Below the pieces are notes generated by a model, which was not told the origin of the DNA, ran no database searches, and saw nothing but the letters and a program-made list of their open reading frames with translations. The translations under genes and the position numbers were made by a program. 64,000 nucleotides of DNA from Longimicrobiales bacterium (GTDB lineage Bacteria > Gemmatimonadota > Gemmatimonadetes > Longimicrobiales > Gaopeijiaceae), in contig OZ220732.1 in NCBI GenBank assembly GCA_965116905.1, forward strand, positions 2,304,001 to 2,368,000. The letters run 5' to 3'. Shown piece by piece: positions 1-11,068 of the stretch. Position 1 is the stretch's first letter, and each line of letters starts with the position of its first letter.

Positions 1-223
1 CGGCTTTCTTCTCGAGGCGCTGCGGTCGGGAGCGCCGCCGCACGGCGGGATCGCCCTGGGCGTGGACCGCCTCGCCGCGCGATTCTCCGGTGGCGCGAGC
101 CTGCGCGACGTGATCGCTTTTCCGAAGACGACCGCGGCGCGGGCGAGCTTCGAGGGCGCGCCGTCACGGGTGTCGCCGGGGGAGCTGGAGGCGCTCGGGA
201 TTTCGATCGGAGAGCACGAATGA
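1..223 (+). CDS. aspS: Aspartate--tRNA ligase, C-terminal part (5' truncated by window)
   Basis: Frame from position 2 reads GFLLEALRSGAPPHGGIALGVDRL...SLRDVIAFPKT, class II motif 3 of AspRS; TGA 221-223 overlaps the phoH ATG (ATGA). Confidence 0.93.
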   Translation, partial: GFLLEALRSGAPPHGGIALGVDRLAARFSGGASLRDVIAFPKTTAARASFEGAPSRVSPGELEALGISIGEHE

Positions 224-1218
224 CGGGCGGTACGCTGGTCGAGCACAATCTGAATGCGGAGGGCGCGGACCAGTTCATCCTCGCGGGAGTCGGCGACGCC
301 AACTTCCGTGAGCTGGAGACGCTTTTCCACGTCCAGGTGGTGATGCGCGGCGATCATGTGAGAGTCACGGGGCCATTGGAATCGGTTGCCGACTCGGCGC
401 GCGTGGTCGAGCACATGATCGAGCTCGCGCGGCTGGGGAAGTCCTTCCCGGCTTCGGACATCGCGCGCTTCGCCGCGAGCCTCGACGCGCGGGACGGGCC
501 CGACATCCGCAGCGACGACGAGCGCCTCCGGATATCGGTGCCTGGATCGCGCCGTACGATCGTGCCGCGCTCGGAGGGCCAGCGCAGGTATCTGCAGGCC
601 ATGGAGGACTCCGACATCGTCATCGGGATCGGTCCCGCGGGCACCGGCAAGACCTATCTCGCCGTCGCCCGGGCGGTCGCGGAGCTCTTCCGGAAGCGTG
701 TGCGGCGCATCATTCTGGCCCGTCCCGCGGTGGAGGCCGGAGAGAACCTCGGCTTCCTTCCCGGCGACCTCCAGGAGAAGGTCGACCCCTACCTCCGCCC
801 GCTGTACGACGCGCTCGAGGACATGATGCCGGCGGCCAGGGTCCGGCGCGGAATCGCCGAGCGCACGATCGAGATTGCCCCGCTCGCCTACATGCGCGGC
901 AGAACCCTCTCCGACGCTTTTGTCATCCTCGACGAAGCCCAGAACGCCACAGCGGCGCAGATGAAGATGTTCCTCACGCGCATCGGCGTGAACTCGCGCG
1001 TGGTGATCACCGGCGACAAGACCCAGATCGACCTGCCCCGAGCCCAGGTCTCCGGTCTGATTCAGATAGAAGACATCCTCGGCGAAGTCGAAGGCATCGA
1101 GTTCGTGTACCTGGATGAGAGCGACGTCACTCGCCACCGCCTCGTGAAGCACATTGTACGTGCCTACGCGGCAGCGGACGGACGCCTTGCCGAGGAACGC
1201 GACCATGACCGCCGGTAA
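220..1218 (+). CDS. phoH: PhoH family ATPase (YbeZ-like)
   Basis: GPAGTGKTYLA Walker A, RPAVEAGENLGFLPGD, LAYMRGRTL, ILDEAQN, GDKTQIDL motifs. Confidence 0.95.
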   Translation: MTGGTLVEHNLNAEGADQFILAGVGDANFRELETLFHVQVVMRGDHVRVTGPLESVADSARVVEHMIELARLGKSFPASDIARFAASLDARDGPDIRSDDERLRISVPGSRRTIVPRSEGQRRYLQAMEDSDIVIGIGPAGTGKTYLAVARAVAELFRKRVRRIILARPAVEAGENLGFLPGDLQEKVDPYLRPLYDALEDMMPAARVRRGIAERTIEIAPLAYMRGRTLSDAFVILDEAQNATAAQMKMFLTRIGVNSRVVITGDKTQIDLPRAQVSGLIQIEDILGEVEGIEFVYLDESDVTRHRLVKHIVRAYAAADGRLAEERDHDRR

Positions 1219-3385
1219 CGGGAAACGCCGGCTGCTCTCGGGCGTCCCGCAGCGCGGATGGCCGGATGCCGCGGTCCACCACGGGGTGCGCTGGCTGCTC
1301 CTGGTGTTGCTGGCGGGAGGGCTCGTGACTCTCTATCCGTCGGATCCGGGCGTCGGGATCGGCCGATACAGCGCGGGCACCGTCGCCGAGCGAGACATCA
1401 TCGCTCAGGTCGGCTTCCCGGTTCCGAAGGACTCCGCCGTGCTCAGAAGCGAAAGGGACGCGGCGGCGGCCTCGGTCATTCCGACGTTCACCTACCGCGC
1501 CGCCGCCACGGACTCGACGCTTGCCGGTCTGGCGGGCCTTTTTGCACGCGTGGATTCGGCTTCGCTGGTCGACGGCGTGGCGGGAATCGCCGGCATCCTG
1601 GCGACGTCCGGGATCGACGCGGACGCCGCGCAGGTGGAACTCCTCGCCGAACCGGAACGCCGGACCGGTTTGCACGAGCGGGCGGCGTCCGCGGTCCGTG
1701 CACTGACTCCCGACGGGCTGATGGCACCCGGCGCGGCCTCTCGAATCACCACCGATTCGGTCCGCGTGGTCCGGGGCGGCGGGAGCTCGGTGGTTGCGCG
1801 CAGCGCGGTGCTCTCGGGCCGCGAGTTCTACGACCGCGCGCTGGCCGGCATGGAATCCGGACCCGAGAGCGACCTCCTGCGCGTCGTGCTCGCCCGGTAC
1901 CTCACGCCCAGTCTGATTCCCGAGACGGTCAGGACCGAGAGAGAGCGGGCCTTCGCGCGCGACACGATCCCGATCATGTCGGGACGCGTGCTGGAGGGCG
2001 AGGCGATCGTGCGGGCGAACGATCAGGTCGGCGAGGAGCAGCTGCGCAAGATCGAGGCGTACCGCAACCAGTTGCGCTCCGAGGGGATCAGCGTGGACAG
2101 CTCGAACCTGGCGGGCAATCTCGGCGGGCTCCTGCTGAACACGCTTCTCCTGACCGTCCTGGGCGTGCTCGTCTTCTTCTTCCGGCCCGAGATCTATCAT
2201 TCATTCCGGTTCGTGCTGGCCATACTGAGCATCTTCGCCCTGTATTTCGTTGCCGGTTTCGTGATCACCGGGCTGGGTCTTCCCCCGGCCGCCCTGCCGA
2301 TCGTCTTTGTTGCGGTCTCGCTGTCGATCCTGTGGGACGGACGCCTGGCGCTGCTCGCGGTGTTCGTCGTTTGCGGGATCACGGCCGTGCAGGAGCCCTT
2401 CGGGGAAGTGCCGGTCCTGTTGACGCTTCTGGCCGGTGGCTCCGCGGCCGCGCTCTCGGTTCGCACATTCCGGCGACTGGCGCAGACCTGGGTGTTCATC
2501 GCGGTGACCGCGGGCGCCTACGCGCTTGTTTTCGCCGGACTCCAGATGCGCGGCCCGGATTTCGCGCTGGCGCCGTCGCTGCTGTGGGCACTCGTCAGCA
2601 CCGTGGCCGGCGTCATTCTGGCCATCGGCTTCATACCCGTCTACGAATGGGTCGCGGGCATCACCACCGACCAGACGCTGATCGGATGGGCGGACGCCAA
2701 TCGGCCACTCATGCGCCGAATGGCCGTCGAGGCCCCGGGCACGTTCGCGCATACGCTGCAGGCCGCAAGCCTGGCCGAGGCCGGCGCAGGGGCGATCGGC
2801 GCCAACACCCTGCTTTGCCGGGCCGGGGTCTACTACCACGACATCGGCAAGATGCGCCGCCCGGACTACTTCATCGAGAACCAGCACGGCGCCAACCCAC
2901 ACGAGGACCTCGATCCGCTCGAATCCGCCAGAATCATTCGCGACCACGTGGTGGAGGGAGTCAGGATGGCGCGCGCCGAGAAGGTGCCCGAGGTGCTGGT
3001 GGACTTCATCCGCGAACATCACGGCGACCAGACGATCGGCTTCTTCCTCCACACCGCGCGTCAGCTGGCCGAGCGCGAGGGGAGCGACCCGCCGGATCCT
3101 TCGGTCTTCCAGTATCCGGGTCCCCGGCCGCGGACCCGCGAAACCGGTATCGCCATGCTTGCCGATTCGACGGAATCCGCCGCGCGGGCCATGGACAGCC
3201 CGACCGAAGAGCGTCTGCGTGAGCTCATCGACAAGATCTTTGAGACCAAGGCCGCTACCGGCCAGTTGGACGACTGCCCCCTGACCTTCCGGGACCTGGC
3301 CCGGTTGAAGAAGCAGTTCGCCACGTACCTCAGCGGAAGCCATCACACCCGGATCCAGTACCCCCGTGCCGGGGATGAACGGTGA
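1205..3385 (+). CDS. 7TM-HD (HDIG) phosphohydrolase, PgpH-like cyclic-nucleotide phosphodiesterase family
   Basis: N-terminal TM, extracellular domain, about 7 TM helices, then APGTFAH...YYHDIGK...YFIENQ...HHG...ADS HD domain; usual position between phoH and ybeY. Start ATG 1205 chosen. Confidence 0.9.
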   Translation: MTAGNGKRRLLSGVPQRGWPDAAVHHGVRWLLLVLLAGGLVTLYPSDPGVGIGRYSAGTVAERDIIAQVGFPVPKDSAVLRSERDAAAASVIPTFTYRAAATDSTLAGLAGLFARVDSASLVDGVAGIAGILATSGIDADAAQVELLAEPERRTGLHERAASAVRALTPDGLMAPGAASRITTDSVRVVRGGGSSVVARSAVLSGREFYDRALAGMESGPESDLLRVVLARYLTPSLIPETVRTERERAFARDTIPIMSGRVLEGEAIVRANDQVGEEQLRKIEAYRNQLRSEGISVDSSNLAGNLGGLLLNTLLLTVLGVLVFFFRPEIYHSFRFVLAILSIFALYFVAGFVITGLGLPPAALPIVFVAVSLSILWDGRLALLAVFVVCGITAVQEPFGEVPVLLTLLAGGSAAALSVRTFRRLAQTWVFIAVTAGAYALVFAGLQMRGPDFALAPSLLWALVSTVAGVILAIGFIPVYEWVAGITTDQTLIGWADANRPLMRRMAVEAPGTFAHTLQAASLAEAGAGAIGANTLLCRAGVYYHDIGKMRRPDYFIENQHGANPHEDLDPLESARIIRDHVVEGVRMARAEKVPEVLVDFIREHHGDQTIGFFLHTARQLAEREGSDPPDPSVFQYPGPRPRTRETGIAMLADSTESAARAMDSPTEERLRELIDKIFETKAATGQLDDCPLTFRDLARLKKQFATYLSGSHHTRIQYPRAGDER

Positions 3386-3813
3386 TCACGATCCACGTCA
3401 ACGCGCCGGAAAGGGTCGGCGTTCCGCGTGACCTGATCCGCCGGGCGTTGCGCGAGACGCTCCGGCGTGGCGGACATGAGCGTGCCGAGCTCTCGGTGAC
3501 ATTCGTCGGAGATACGGAGATCACGCGGCTCCACGAACGGTATCTGGGCCGCGCCCGCGTGACGGATGTGCTCTCGTTCGCGCTCCACGAAGGGGGCGAA
3601 GATCCGCTGGGCGACGTGTACGTCGGTTACGAGCAGGCGCGCCGCCAGGCGGCGGATACGGGCGTCGACCCGGAGGAGGAACTCGTCCGGCTGGCGGTAC
3701 ACGGGGCGCTGCACGTGCTCGGGTACGATCATCCCGAGGGTCCCGAGCGGACCGGCAGCGAGATGTTCCGGGTCCAGGAGGAAGTCGTGCGCGGACTGGG
3801 GGCGACGGCGTGA
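3382..3813 (+). CDS. ybeY: rRNA maturation endoribonuclease YbeY
   Basis: TDVLSF and HGALHVLGYDH zinc motif. Confidence 0.95.
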   Translation: MITIHVNAPERVGVPRDLIRRALRETLRRGGHERAELSVTFVGDTEITRLHERYLGRARVTDVLSFALHEGGEDPLGDVYVGYEQARRQAADTGVDPEEELVRLAVHGALHVLGYDHPEGPERTGSEMFRVQEEVVRGLGATA

Positions 3814-5180
3814 GCACGGATACCCCTCCCGTCGTGGCGAGCCAGGCCACCCTGAGCGAGCTGATCGAGCTGGCCGAAACGGGCGACTTCTCCAGGGTGC
3901 CCGATCTGCTCGAAGGGATGCACCCCTCCGATATCGCCGATCTCGTCGCCTCGGTCGCCGTGGAGGAATACAGGATCGAAATACTGGAGGCCCTCCCCAC
4001 CGAGGTGGCTTCCGAGACCCTCGCCGAGATGGAGGAGGACGAGGATCGCGCGGAGCTCCTGACCGGGCTGGACGAGCGGAGGGGCGCCGAGCTGCTGCAG
4101 GGGTTGGCGGACGACGATGCGGCCGACCTCCTCGGCGAACTCGAGCCGGGCGACCGCGATCGGATGCTGGCCGCCCTGCCCACGGAGGAAGCCGGCGAGA
4201 TCCGCGAACTGCTTCGCTACGGCGAAGAGACGGCGGGCGGCCTGATGACGACCTCGCTCGTTTCGGTGTCGACCGGCGCAACCGCCGGCGAGGCGATCTC
4301 CGAGATACGGAAGCAGGGCCGCGAGGTGGAGGACTTCTACACGGTCTTCGTGGTCGATGAGCGGAACCGGTTGCGCGGCACGGTACCGCTGGACGACCTG
4401 ATTCTTGCCGAGCCGTCCGACACCGTCGCGTCCCTGGTGGAGCCGCCGGTGGCCACGGTGCTGCCGGACATCGACCAGGAGGAAGTGGGACAGCTGATCG
4501 GCCGCTACAACCTGGTCAGCGTCCCCGTGGTCAACCACGACGGTTCCCTGCTCGGGCGCATCACCTTCGACGACGTGATCGACGTCATCGAGGCGGAGAC
4601 CACCGAGGACATCCTCAGGCTGGCCGGTGTCTCGGACGAGGAGGAACTGAAGGGCGGCTGGTTCGAGTCGGTCCGGGCTCGACTGCCGTGGCTGGTTCTC
4701 AACCTGGCGACCGCGGCGCTGGCCGCATCGGTCATCCTGGCCTTTGAGAGCACGATCGAGGAAGTTGCCTTCCTGGCCTTCCTGATGCCGGTCATCGCGG
4801 CTCTGGGGGGGAACACGGGCACCCAGGCGCTGGCGGTTACCATTCGGCGTATTGCCGTCGGTGGAGGAATCCACGCCGGCCAGTTCCGGGTCGTGGGGAA
4901 GGAGGTGCTGGTGGGGCTGCTGAACGGCTTCGTTCTCGGCGCGCTTTTCGCCGTGTTCGCGTATGTGTGGATGGACGGCGACCCGCGGCTGGGACTCGTG
5001 GTGCTCCTGGCCATGTGGGCGAACATCATCGTCGCCGGATTCGCGGGCGCGATGATCCCCACGGTATTGCACCGGCTGGGCGTCGACCCGGCGGTGGCTT
5101 CGTCGGTGTTCGTTCACACACTCACGGATCTGGTCGGATTCGTCATGGTGCTCAACCTTGCCGCGGCCCTCCTCTTCTAG
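3810..5180 (+). CDS. mgtE: Magnesium transporter MgtE
   Basis: MgtE_N (HPSDIAD), TAGGLMT CBS pair, RLPWL, GGNTGTQ and DPAVAS...TLTD TM motifs. Confidence 0.95.
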   Translation: MSTDTPPVVASQATLSELIELAETGDFSRVPDLLEGMHPSDIADLVASVAVEEYRIEILEALPTEVASETLAEMEEDEDRAELLTGLDERRGAELLQGLADDDAADLLGELEPGDRDRMLAALPTEEAGEIRELLRYGEETAGGLMTTSLVSVSTGATAGEAISEIRKQGREVEDFYTVFVVDERNRLRGTVPLDDLILAEPSDTVASLVEPPVATVLPDIDQEEVGQLIGRYNLVSVPVVNHDGSLLGRITFDDVIDVIEAETTEDILRLAGVSDEEELKGGWFESVRARLPWLVLNLATAALAASVILAFESTIEEVAFLAFLMPVIAALGGNTGTQALAVTIRRIAVGGGIHAGQFRVVGKEVLVGLLNGFVLGALFAVFAYVWMDGDPRLGLVVLLAMWANIIVAGFAGAMIPTVLHRLGVDPAVASSVFVHTLTDLVGFVMVLNLAAALLF

Positions 5181-5187
5181 GGCGAGA

Positions 5188-6264
5188 ATGACAGCCCCTG
5201 CTCGAGCCGAGAAGAACCGGCGTCTCGCCGCCGATTTCCGGAGCGGCAAGCGCCCCGCGCTGGCGCGTGCCATCTCGATGGTGGAAGGGCGGCGCCCCGG
5301 CGTGGCGGACCTGCTCCAGGAACTGCTCCTGGCACGGCCTCAGGCTCGGCGGTTCGGCATCACCGGCCCCCCCGGCGCGGGCAAATCCAGCTTGGTGGCC
5401 GGCCTGGCGACCCTGCTTCGCGCACGTGGCGAGAAGGTCGCCATCGTCGCGGTCGACCCGACGTCGCCCTACTCGGGTGGTGCGCTCCTGGGTGACCGCA
5501 TCCGGATGAACGACCTGGCCACCGACCCCGGGATCTTCATCCGCTCGATGGCCACGCGCGGGTCGCTGGGAGGCTTGGCCGCGACGACGCGCGAGGTGGT
5601 CGACCTGCTCGACGCGTTCGGCTTTCCGAACGTGCTCGTGGAGACCGTGGGCGTGGGGCAGACCGAGTTGGAGATTGCCTCGGCGGCCGACTCGGTCGCG
5701 GTCGTGCTGGTGCCCGAGTCCGGCGACGGGATCCAGGCCATGAAAGCGGGACTCATGGAGATCGCGGACCTGTTCGTGGTCAACAAGGCGGACAGGATCG
5801 GCGCGGACCGCATGGTGCGGGAGATCCGGCAGGCGCTGGCGCTCCGGGCCGGGCACGGGATGTACGGAGTGACGGCGCACCACGGGGTGGATCTGTCCCG
5901 CCTGGATCAAACGGACGAGGATCCCGACACGGCCCATGCCGCGGCCTGGGAGATCCCGGTCCTCAAGACTTCGGCGGGCCGGGGCGAGGGCATCGAGGAG
6001 TTCCTGGACGGGCTCCTGGCACACAACCGCCACCTCACCGAGTCGGGAGCACTGGAAGCCCGCCGCGAACGCCGGGCGGGGAGCCGTCTGCGCGACGTGA
6101 TCGTGGGTCGTTTGAGGGGCCGGGCCGAGGCGTTTCTGGCGTCTCATCCAAATCTGCCGGCGCGGATTGCGGACATCGCCGGAGGACGCGCCACGGCCTA
6201 CGGTGTGGCAGACGAGCTGATTCCCGCCATATTGAAGAAGGAGCCGAGGTCGGATCAGGGTTAG
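5188..6264 (+). CDS. meaB: Acyl-CoA mutase-associated GTPase MeaB/ArgK
   Basis: GITGPPGAGKS, VDPTSPYSGGALLGDRIRM, ETVGVGQ, NKAD; adjacent to mutase gene. Confidence 0.93.
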   Translation: MTAPARAEKNRRLAADFRSGKRPALARAISMVEGRRPGVADLLQELLLARPQARRFGITGPPGAGKSSLVAGLATLLRARGEKVAIVAVDPTSPYSGGALLGDRIRMNDLATDPGIFIRSMATRGSLGGLAATTREVVDLLDAFGFPNVLVETVGVGQTELEIASAADSVAVVLVPESGDGIQAMKAGLMEIADLFVVNKADRIGADRMVREIRQALALRAGHGMYGVTAHHGVDLSRLDQTDEDPDTAHAAAWEIPVLKTSAGRGEGIEEFLDGLLAHNRHLTESGALEARRERRAGSRLRDVIVGRLRGRAEAFLASHPNLPARIADIAGGRATAYGVADELIPAILKKEPRSDQG

Positions 6265-6274
6265 GAGGGATCAC

Positions 6275-7992
<1,718 letters not shown>

Positions 7993-7993
<1 letters not shown>

Positions 7994-8239
7994 AAGGCCG
8001 TGGACAGAATCCCCCCGGCATTCGAGCGGCGATGCATCCGGGCCGGACGCCCGGCCACACCGTCTCATGATGTAAGGCAAAGTTTCCATAATGTCATGTT
8101 TACTATACATGTTTGTTTGTCGGGGCCGCGCTCTGCGTTACTCCTCGGGCCCGTAGCGCCGCTACTGGCCCTTCGTCGCGCCTTGCCGGCCCGGCGCCTC
8201 GCCGCTCTCGGTGCTCGGGCGGCTCTATCCACGGCCTTC
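7993..8239. mobile_element. MITE-like non-autonomous element (about 247 bp) with terminal inverted repeats and flanking TA
   Basis: Left end TA-GAAGGCCGTGGACAGAA; right end reverse-complements to TA-GAAGGCCGTGGATAGAG (17/19 incl. TA); internal palindrome GTAGCG-C-CGCTAC; no coding capacity. Confidence 0.65.
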
Positions 8240-8249
8240 TAGCAAGGCC

Positions 8250-9632
8250 GTGGACGGAATCCCCCCGGCATCGCGCATCCTGATTGCCGACGATCAGCCC
8301 GACGTTGTCGAGGCGTTGCGTCTTCTTCTGGTGTCGGCGGGCTATGAGTCGGAGGCCGCGGGTGGCCCCGAGGAGGCGTTGGCCAGGCTGGAGGATGGCG
8401 TCTTCGACGCCGCGCTCATCGACCTCAACTACACCCGCGACACCACCTCCGGGCGCGAGGGCCTGGACCTCCTGAGAAGGCTCCATGAGATCGACAGCAC
8501 CCTGCCCGTCGTCGTCATGACCGCGTGGGGGAGCGTCGAGAGCGCGGTCGAGGCGATGCGTTGCGGAGCCCGGGACTACATCGAGAAGCCCTGGGACAAC
8601 GATCGCCTCCTTGCCACCCTGAAGACCCAGATCCAGCTCGGCCGCGCGCTCCGCCGTTCGCAGAAGCCGAGGAACGGGGATGCGCACACCACGCGCCCGC
8701 CCGCCCATCCACGCCTGATCGCCTCGTCGAAGGCGATGAAGCCCGTTCTGAAGGTCATGCGCCGTGTCGCTCCCTCCGACGCCAACATCCTCATTACGGG
8801 GGAGCACGGGACCGGGAAGGAGGTCGTGGCGGGATGGCTGCACGCCTCGTCCGCGCGTCGGCACGCCCCGCTCGTGACCGTGAACATGGGCGGAATCTCC
8901 GAGGGTCTGTTCGAGAGCGAGCTTTTCGGGCACGTGAAGGGGGCGTTCACCGACGCCAAATCCGACCGCGCGGGGTTTTTCGAACTCGCCCACGGCGGGA
9001 CCCTGTTCCTCGATGAAATCGCCAACACCTCCCTGCCGGCGCAGGCCAGGCTCCTTCGCGTTCTCGAAACCGGCGAGCTGCAGCGCGTCGGGTCTTCCGA
9101 TGTCGTGAGGATGGATATCCGCCTTCTGTCGGCGACGAACGCCTCTCTCGACGAGGCGGTCGCCGAGGGACGGTTTCGAGAAGACCTGCTCTACCGCATC
9201 AACACCGTCGAGATCGCGATTCCGCCACTCAGGGACCGCCCCGAGGACCTCCTGCTTCTCGCCGCCCACTTCCTCGAGCGCGAGTCGGCACGCTACGGCC
9301 GGCCCGGCCTCGGCTTCACGGCCGGTGCTTCCCGTGCGATGCTGGATCATCCCTGGCCGGGCAACGTGCGGGAGCTCAAGCATGCCGTCGAGCGGGCGGT
9401 GCTCATGTGCGACGATCTGGAAGTCGGGGTGGAGGACCTCGCGCTGCGTACGCTGCCGGGTGGTGCGCTCCCGCTGGAGGAACTCAAGCTCGGGGAGGTG
9501 GAGCGCGTCCTCATCGAAAGGGCCATGGACCGGCACGACGGCAACGTCAGCCAGGCCGCCGAAAGGCTCGGCCTCAGCCGGAGCGCGCTGTACCGACGCC
9601 TGGCCCGCTACGGCATCGGCGACGTCGGGTGA
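8250..9632 (+). CDS. Sigma54-dependent response regulator (NtrC/AtoC family: REC + AAA+ + Fis HTH)
   Basis: ILIADD receiver, GEHGTGKE, ESELFGHVKGAFTDA, LFLDEI, WPGNVREL, AAERLGLSRSALYRRL. Start uncertain (GTG 8250). Confidence 0.93.
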   Translation: MDGIPPASRILIADDQPDVVEALRLLLVSAGYESEAAGGPEEALARLEDGVFDAALIDLNYTRDTTSGREGLDLLRRLHEIDSTLPVVVMTAWGSVESAVEAMRCGARDYIEKPWDNDRLLATLKTQIQLGRALRRSQKPRNGDAHTTRPPAHPRLIASSKAMKPVLKVMRRVAPSDANILITGEHGTGKEVVAGWLHASSARRHAPLVTVNMGGISEGLFESELFGHVKGAFTDAKSDRAGFFELAHGGTLFLDEIANTSLPAQARLLRVLETGELQRVGSSDVVRMDIRLLSATNASLDEAVAEGRFREDLLYRINTVEIAIPPLRDRPEDLLLLAAHFLERESARYGRPGLGFTAGASRAMLDHPWPGNVRELKHAVERAVLMCDDLEVGVEDLALRTLPGGALPLEELKLGEVERVLIERAMDRHDGNVSQAAERLGLSRSALYRRLARYGIGDVG

Positions 9633-11068
9633 CCCCGGACGACACGTCGGCAAAGCCGGGATCCGAATCCGCCGGACCGGTCTGCCGAGCGCCTTTTGTG
9701 GGCCGGTGGGCCCGCCTCGAATTCGACCTTCAGATCATTCTCCTGTCCAACCTGGCCGGACTGCCGGCGTTCGCGCTCGCCATGTACCTCCTCTGGACCG
9801 GAGATGTGGCGACATCGACCCGCTGGCTCGCGACCGCGGGGATTCTGCTTCTGTGGGGAGGGTTGACCGCGGTTCTGCGCGCGAGGCTTGTGCGCCCGAT
9901 CCGGACCCTGTCCAGCGTGCTGCTGGCCTTGAGGGAAGGAGACTTCTCGATCCGGACACGCGTGCCGAAGACGCTCAAGGGGCCCCTCGCGCTGGCCTTT
10001 CAGGAGACCAACAGGCTGGAAGCCATCCTGAGGGAACAGCGGCTGGGGGCCGTCGAGGCCACGGTGCTCCTGCGGAGGATCCTGGAGGAGATCGACGTGG
10101 CCGTGTTCGCCTTCGACGAGGACGAGAGGCTGCGCCTGCTCAACCGGGCCGGCGAGCGGCTGCTCGACCAGCCCTCGAAGGCCGTGCTGGGGAGTTCCGC
10201 CGCCGACCTGCGGCTGCAGGAGGGACTTGTCGGCCACGCGCCGCGAACGATGGAGGTGAATCTGCCGGGAGGACAGGGAAGGTGGGAGCTGAAGCGCACC
10301 GTCATCCGTCAGGAGGGGGCGCCCATGAAGCTCCTGGTGCTTTCGGATCTCTCCCGCGCGCTTCGCGAGGAGGAGCGTTTGGCGTGGAAGCGCATCATCC
10401 GGGTGCTCAGCCACGAGATCAACAACAGCCTTGCGCCGATCAAGTCGATCGCGAGCAGTCTGCGCAAGCTCGTGAGCGGCGATTCATCCCAGGGAAGGCT
10501 CGGGCATGATCTGTCCCGGGGGCTCCGGGTGATCGTGGGCCGAGCGGAGTCACTTGGCCGCTTCATGGCCGCGTATGCCCGCCTCGCCCGCCTGCCCGCG
10601 CCGACCCCGGTGTCGACGCCGGTCGGGCCGCTGATCCGGCGAAGCGCCGATCTGGAGACCCGGCTGAAGGTGGAGGTGACCGGCGGACCCGAACTGAGCA
10701 TCATGGCGGATCCGGATCAGCTGGATCAGCTGCTTATCAACCTCGTGCGCAACGCGGCCGATTCGGCGCTCGAGCGCGGTGGCGCGGTCAGGGTGGGATG
10801 GCGGGTGCGCGACGGAAGGTCCCTCGAAGTCGTGGTGGAGGACGAGGGGCAGGGTGTGCAGGACACCGCCAACCTCTTCGTGCCCTTCTATTCCACGAAA
10901 CCCGGTGGTTCCGGCATCGGGCTCGCGCTCTGCCAGCAGATCGCCGAGGGGCACGGGGGCCACCTGGCGCTGCGAAATCGCGAGCCTCGGGGCGCGGTGG
11001 CGATCCTGTCCCTGCCGCTGGAGACGCGGCTCCGGGAGGCGCGGTCCCGGAGCCGCGTCAGCGGCTAG
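9629..11068 (+). CDS. Sensor histidine kinase (2 TM, HAMP, PAS-like, HisKA, HATPase)
   Basis: LSHEINNSLAPI H-box, INLVRNA N-box, DEGQG, FVPFYSTKPGGSGIGL; GTG overlaps the regulator stop. Confidence 0.92.
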   Translation: MTPDDTSAKPGSESAGPVCRAPFVGRWARLEFDLQIILLSNLAGLPAFALAMYLLWTGDVATSTRWLATAGILLLWGGLTAVLRARLVRPIRTLSSVLLALREGDFSIRTRVPKTLKGPLALAFQETNRLEAILREQRLGAVEATVLLRRILEEIDVAVFAFDEDERLRLLNRAGERLLDQPSKAVLGSSAADLRLQEGLVGHAPRTMEVNLPGGQGRWELKRTVIRQEGAPMKLLVLSDLSRALREEERLAWKRIIRVLSHEINNSLAPIKSIASSLRKLVSGDSSQGRLGHDLSRGLRVIVGRAESLGRFMAAYARLARLPAPTPVSTPVGPLIRRSADLETRLKVEVTGGPELSIMADPDQLDQLLINLVRNAADSALERGGAVRVGWRVRDGRSLEVVVEDEGQGVQDTANLFVPFYSTKPGGSGIGLALCQQIAEGHGGHLALRNREPRGAVAILSLPLETRLREARSRSRVSG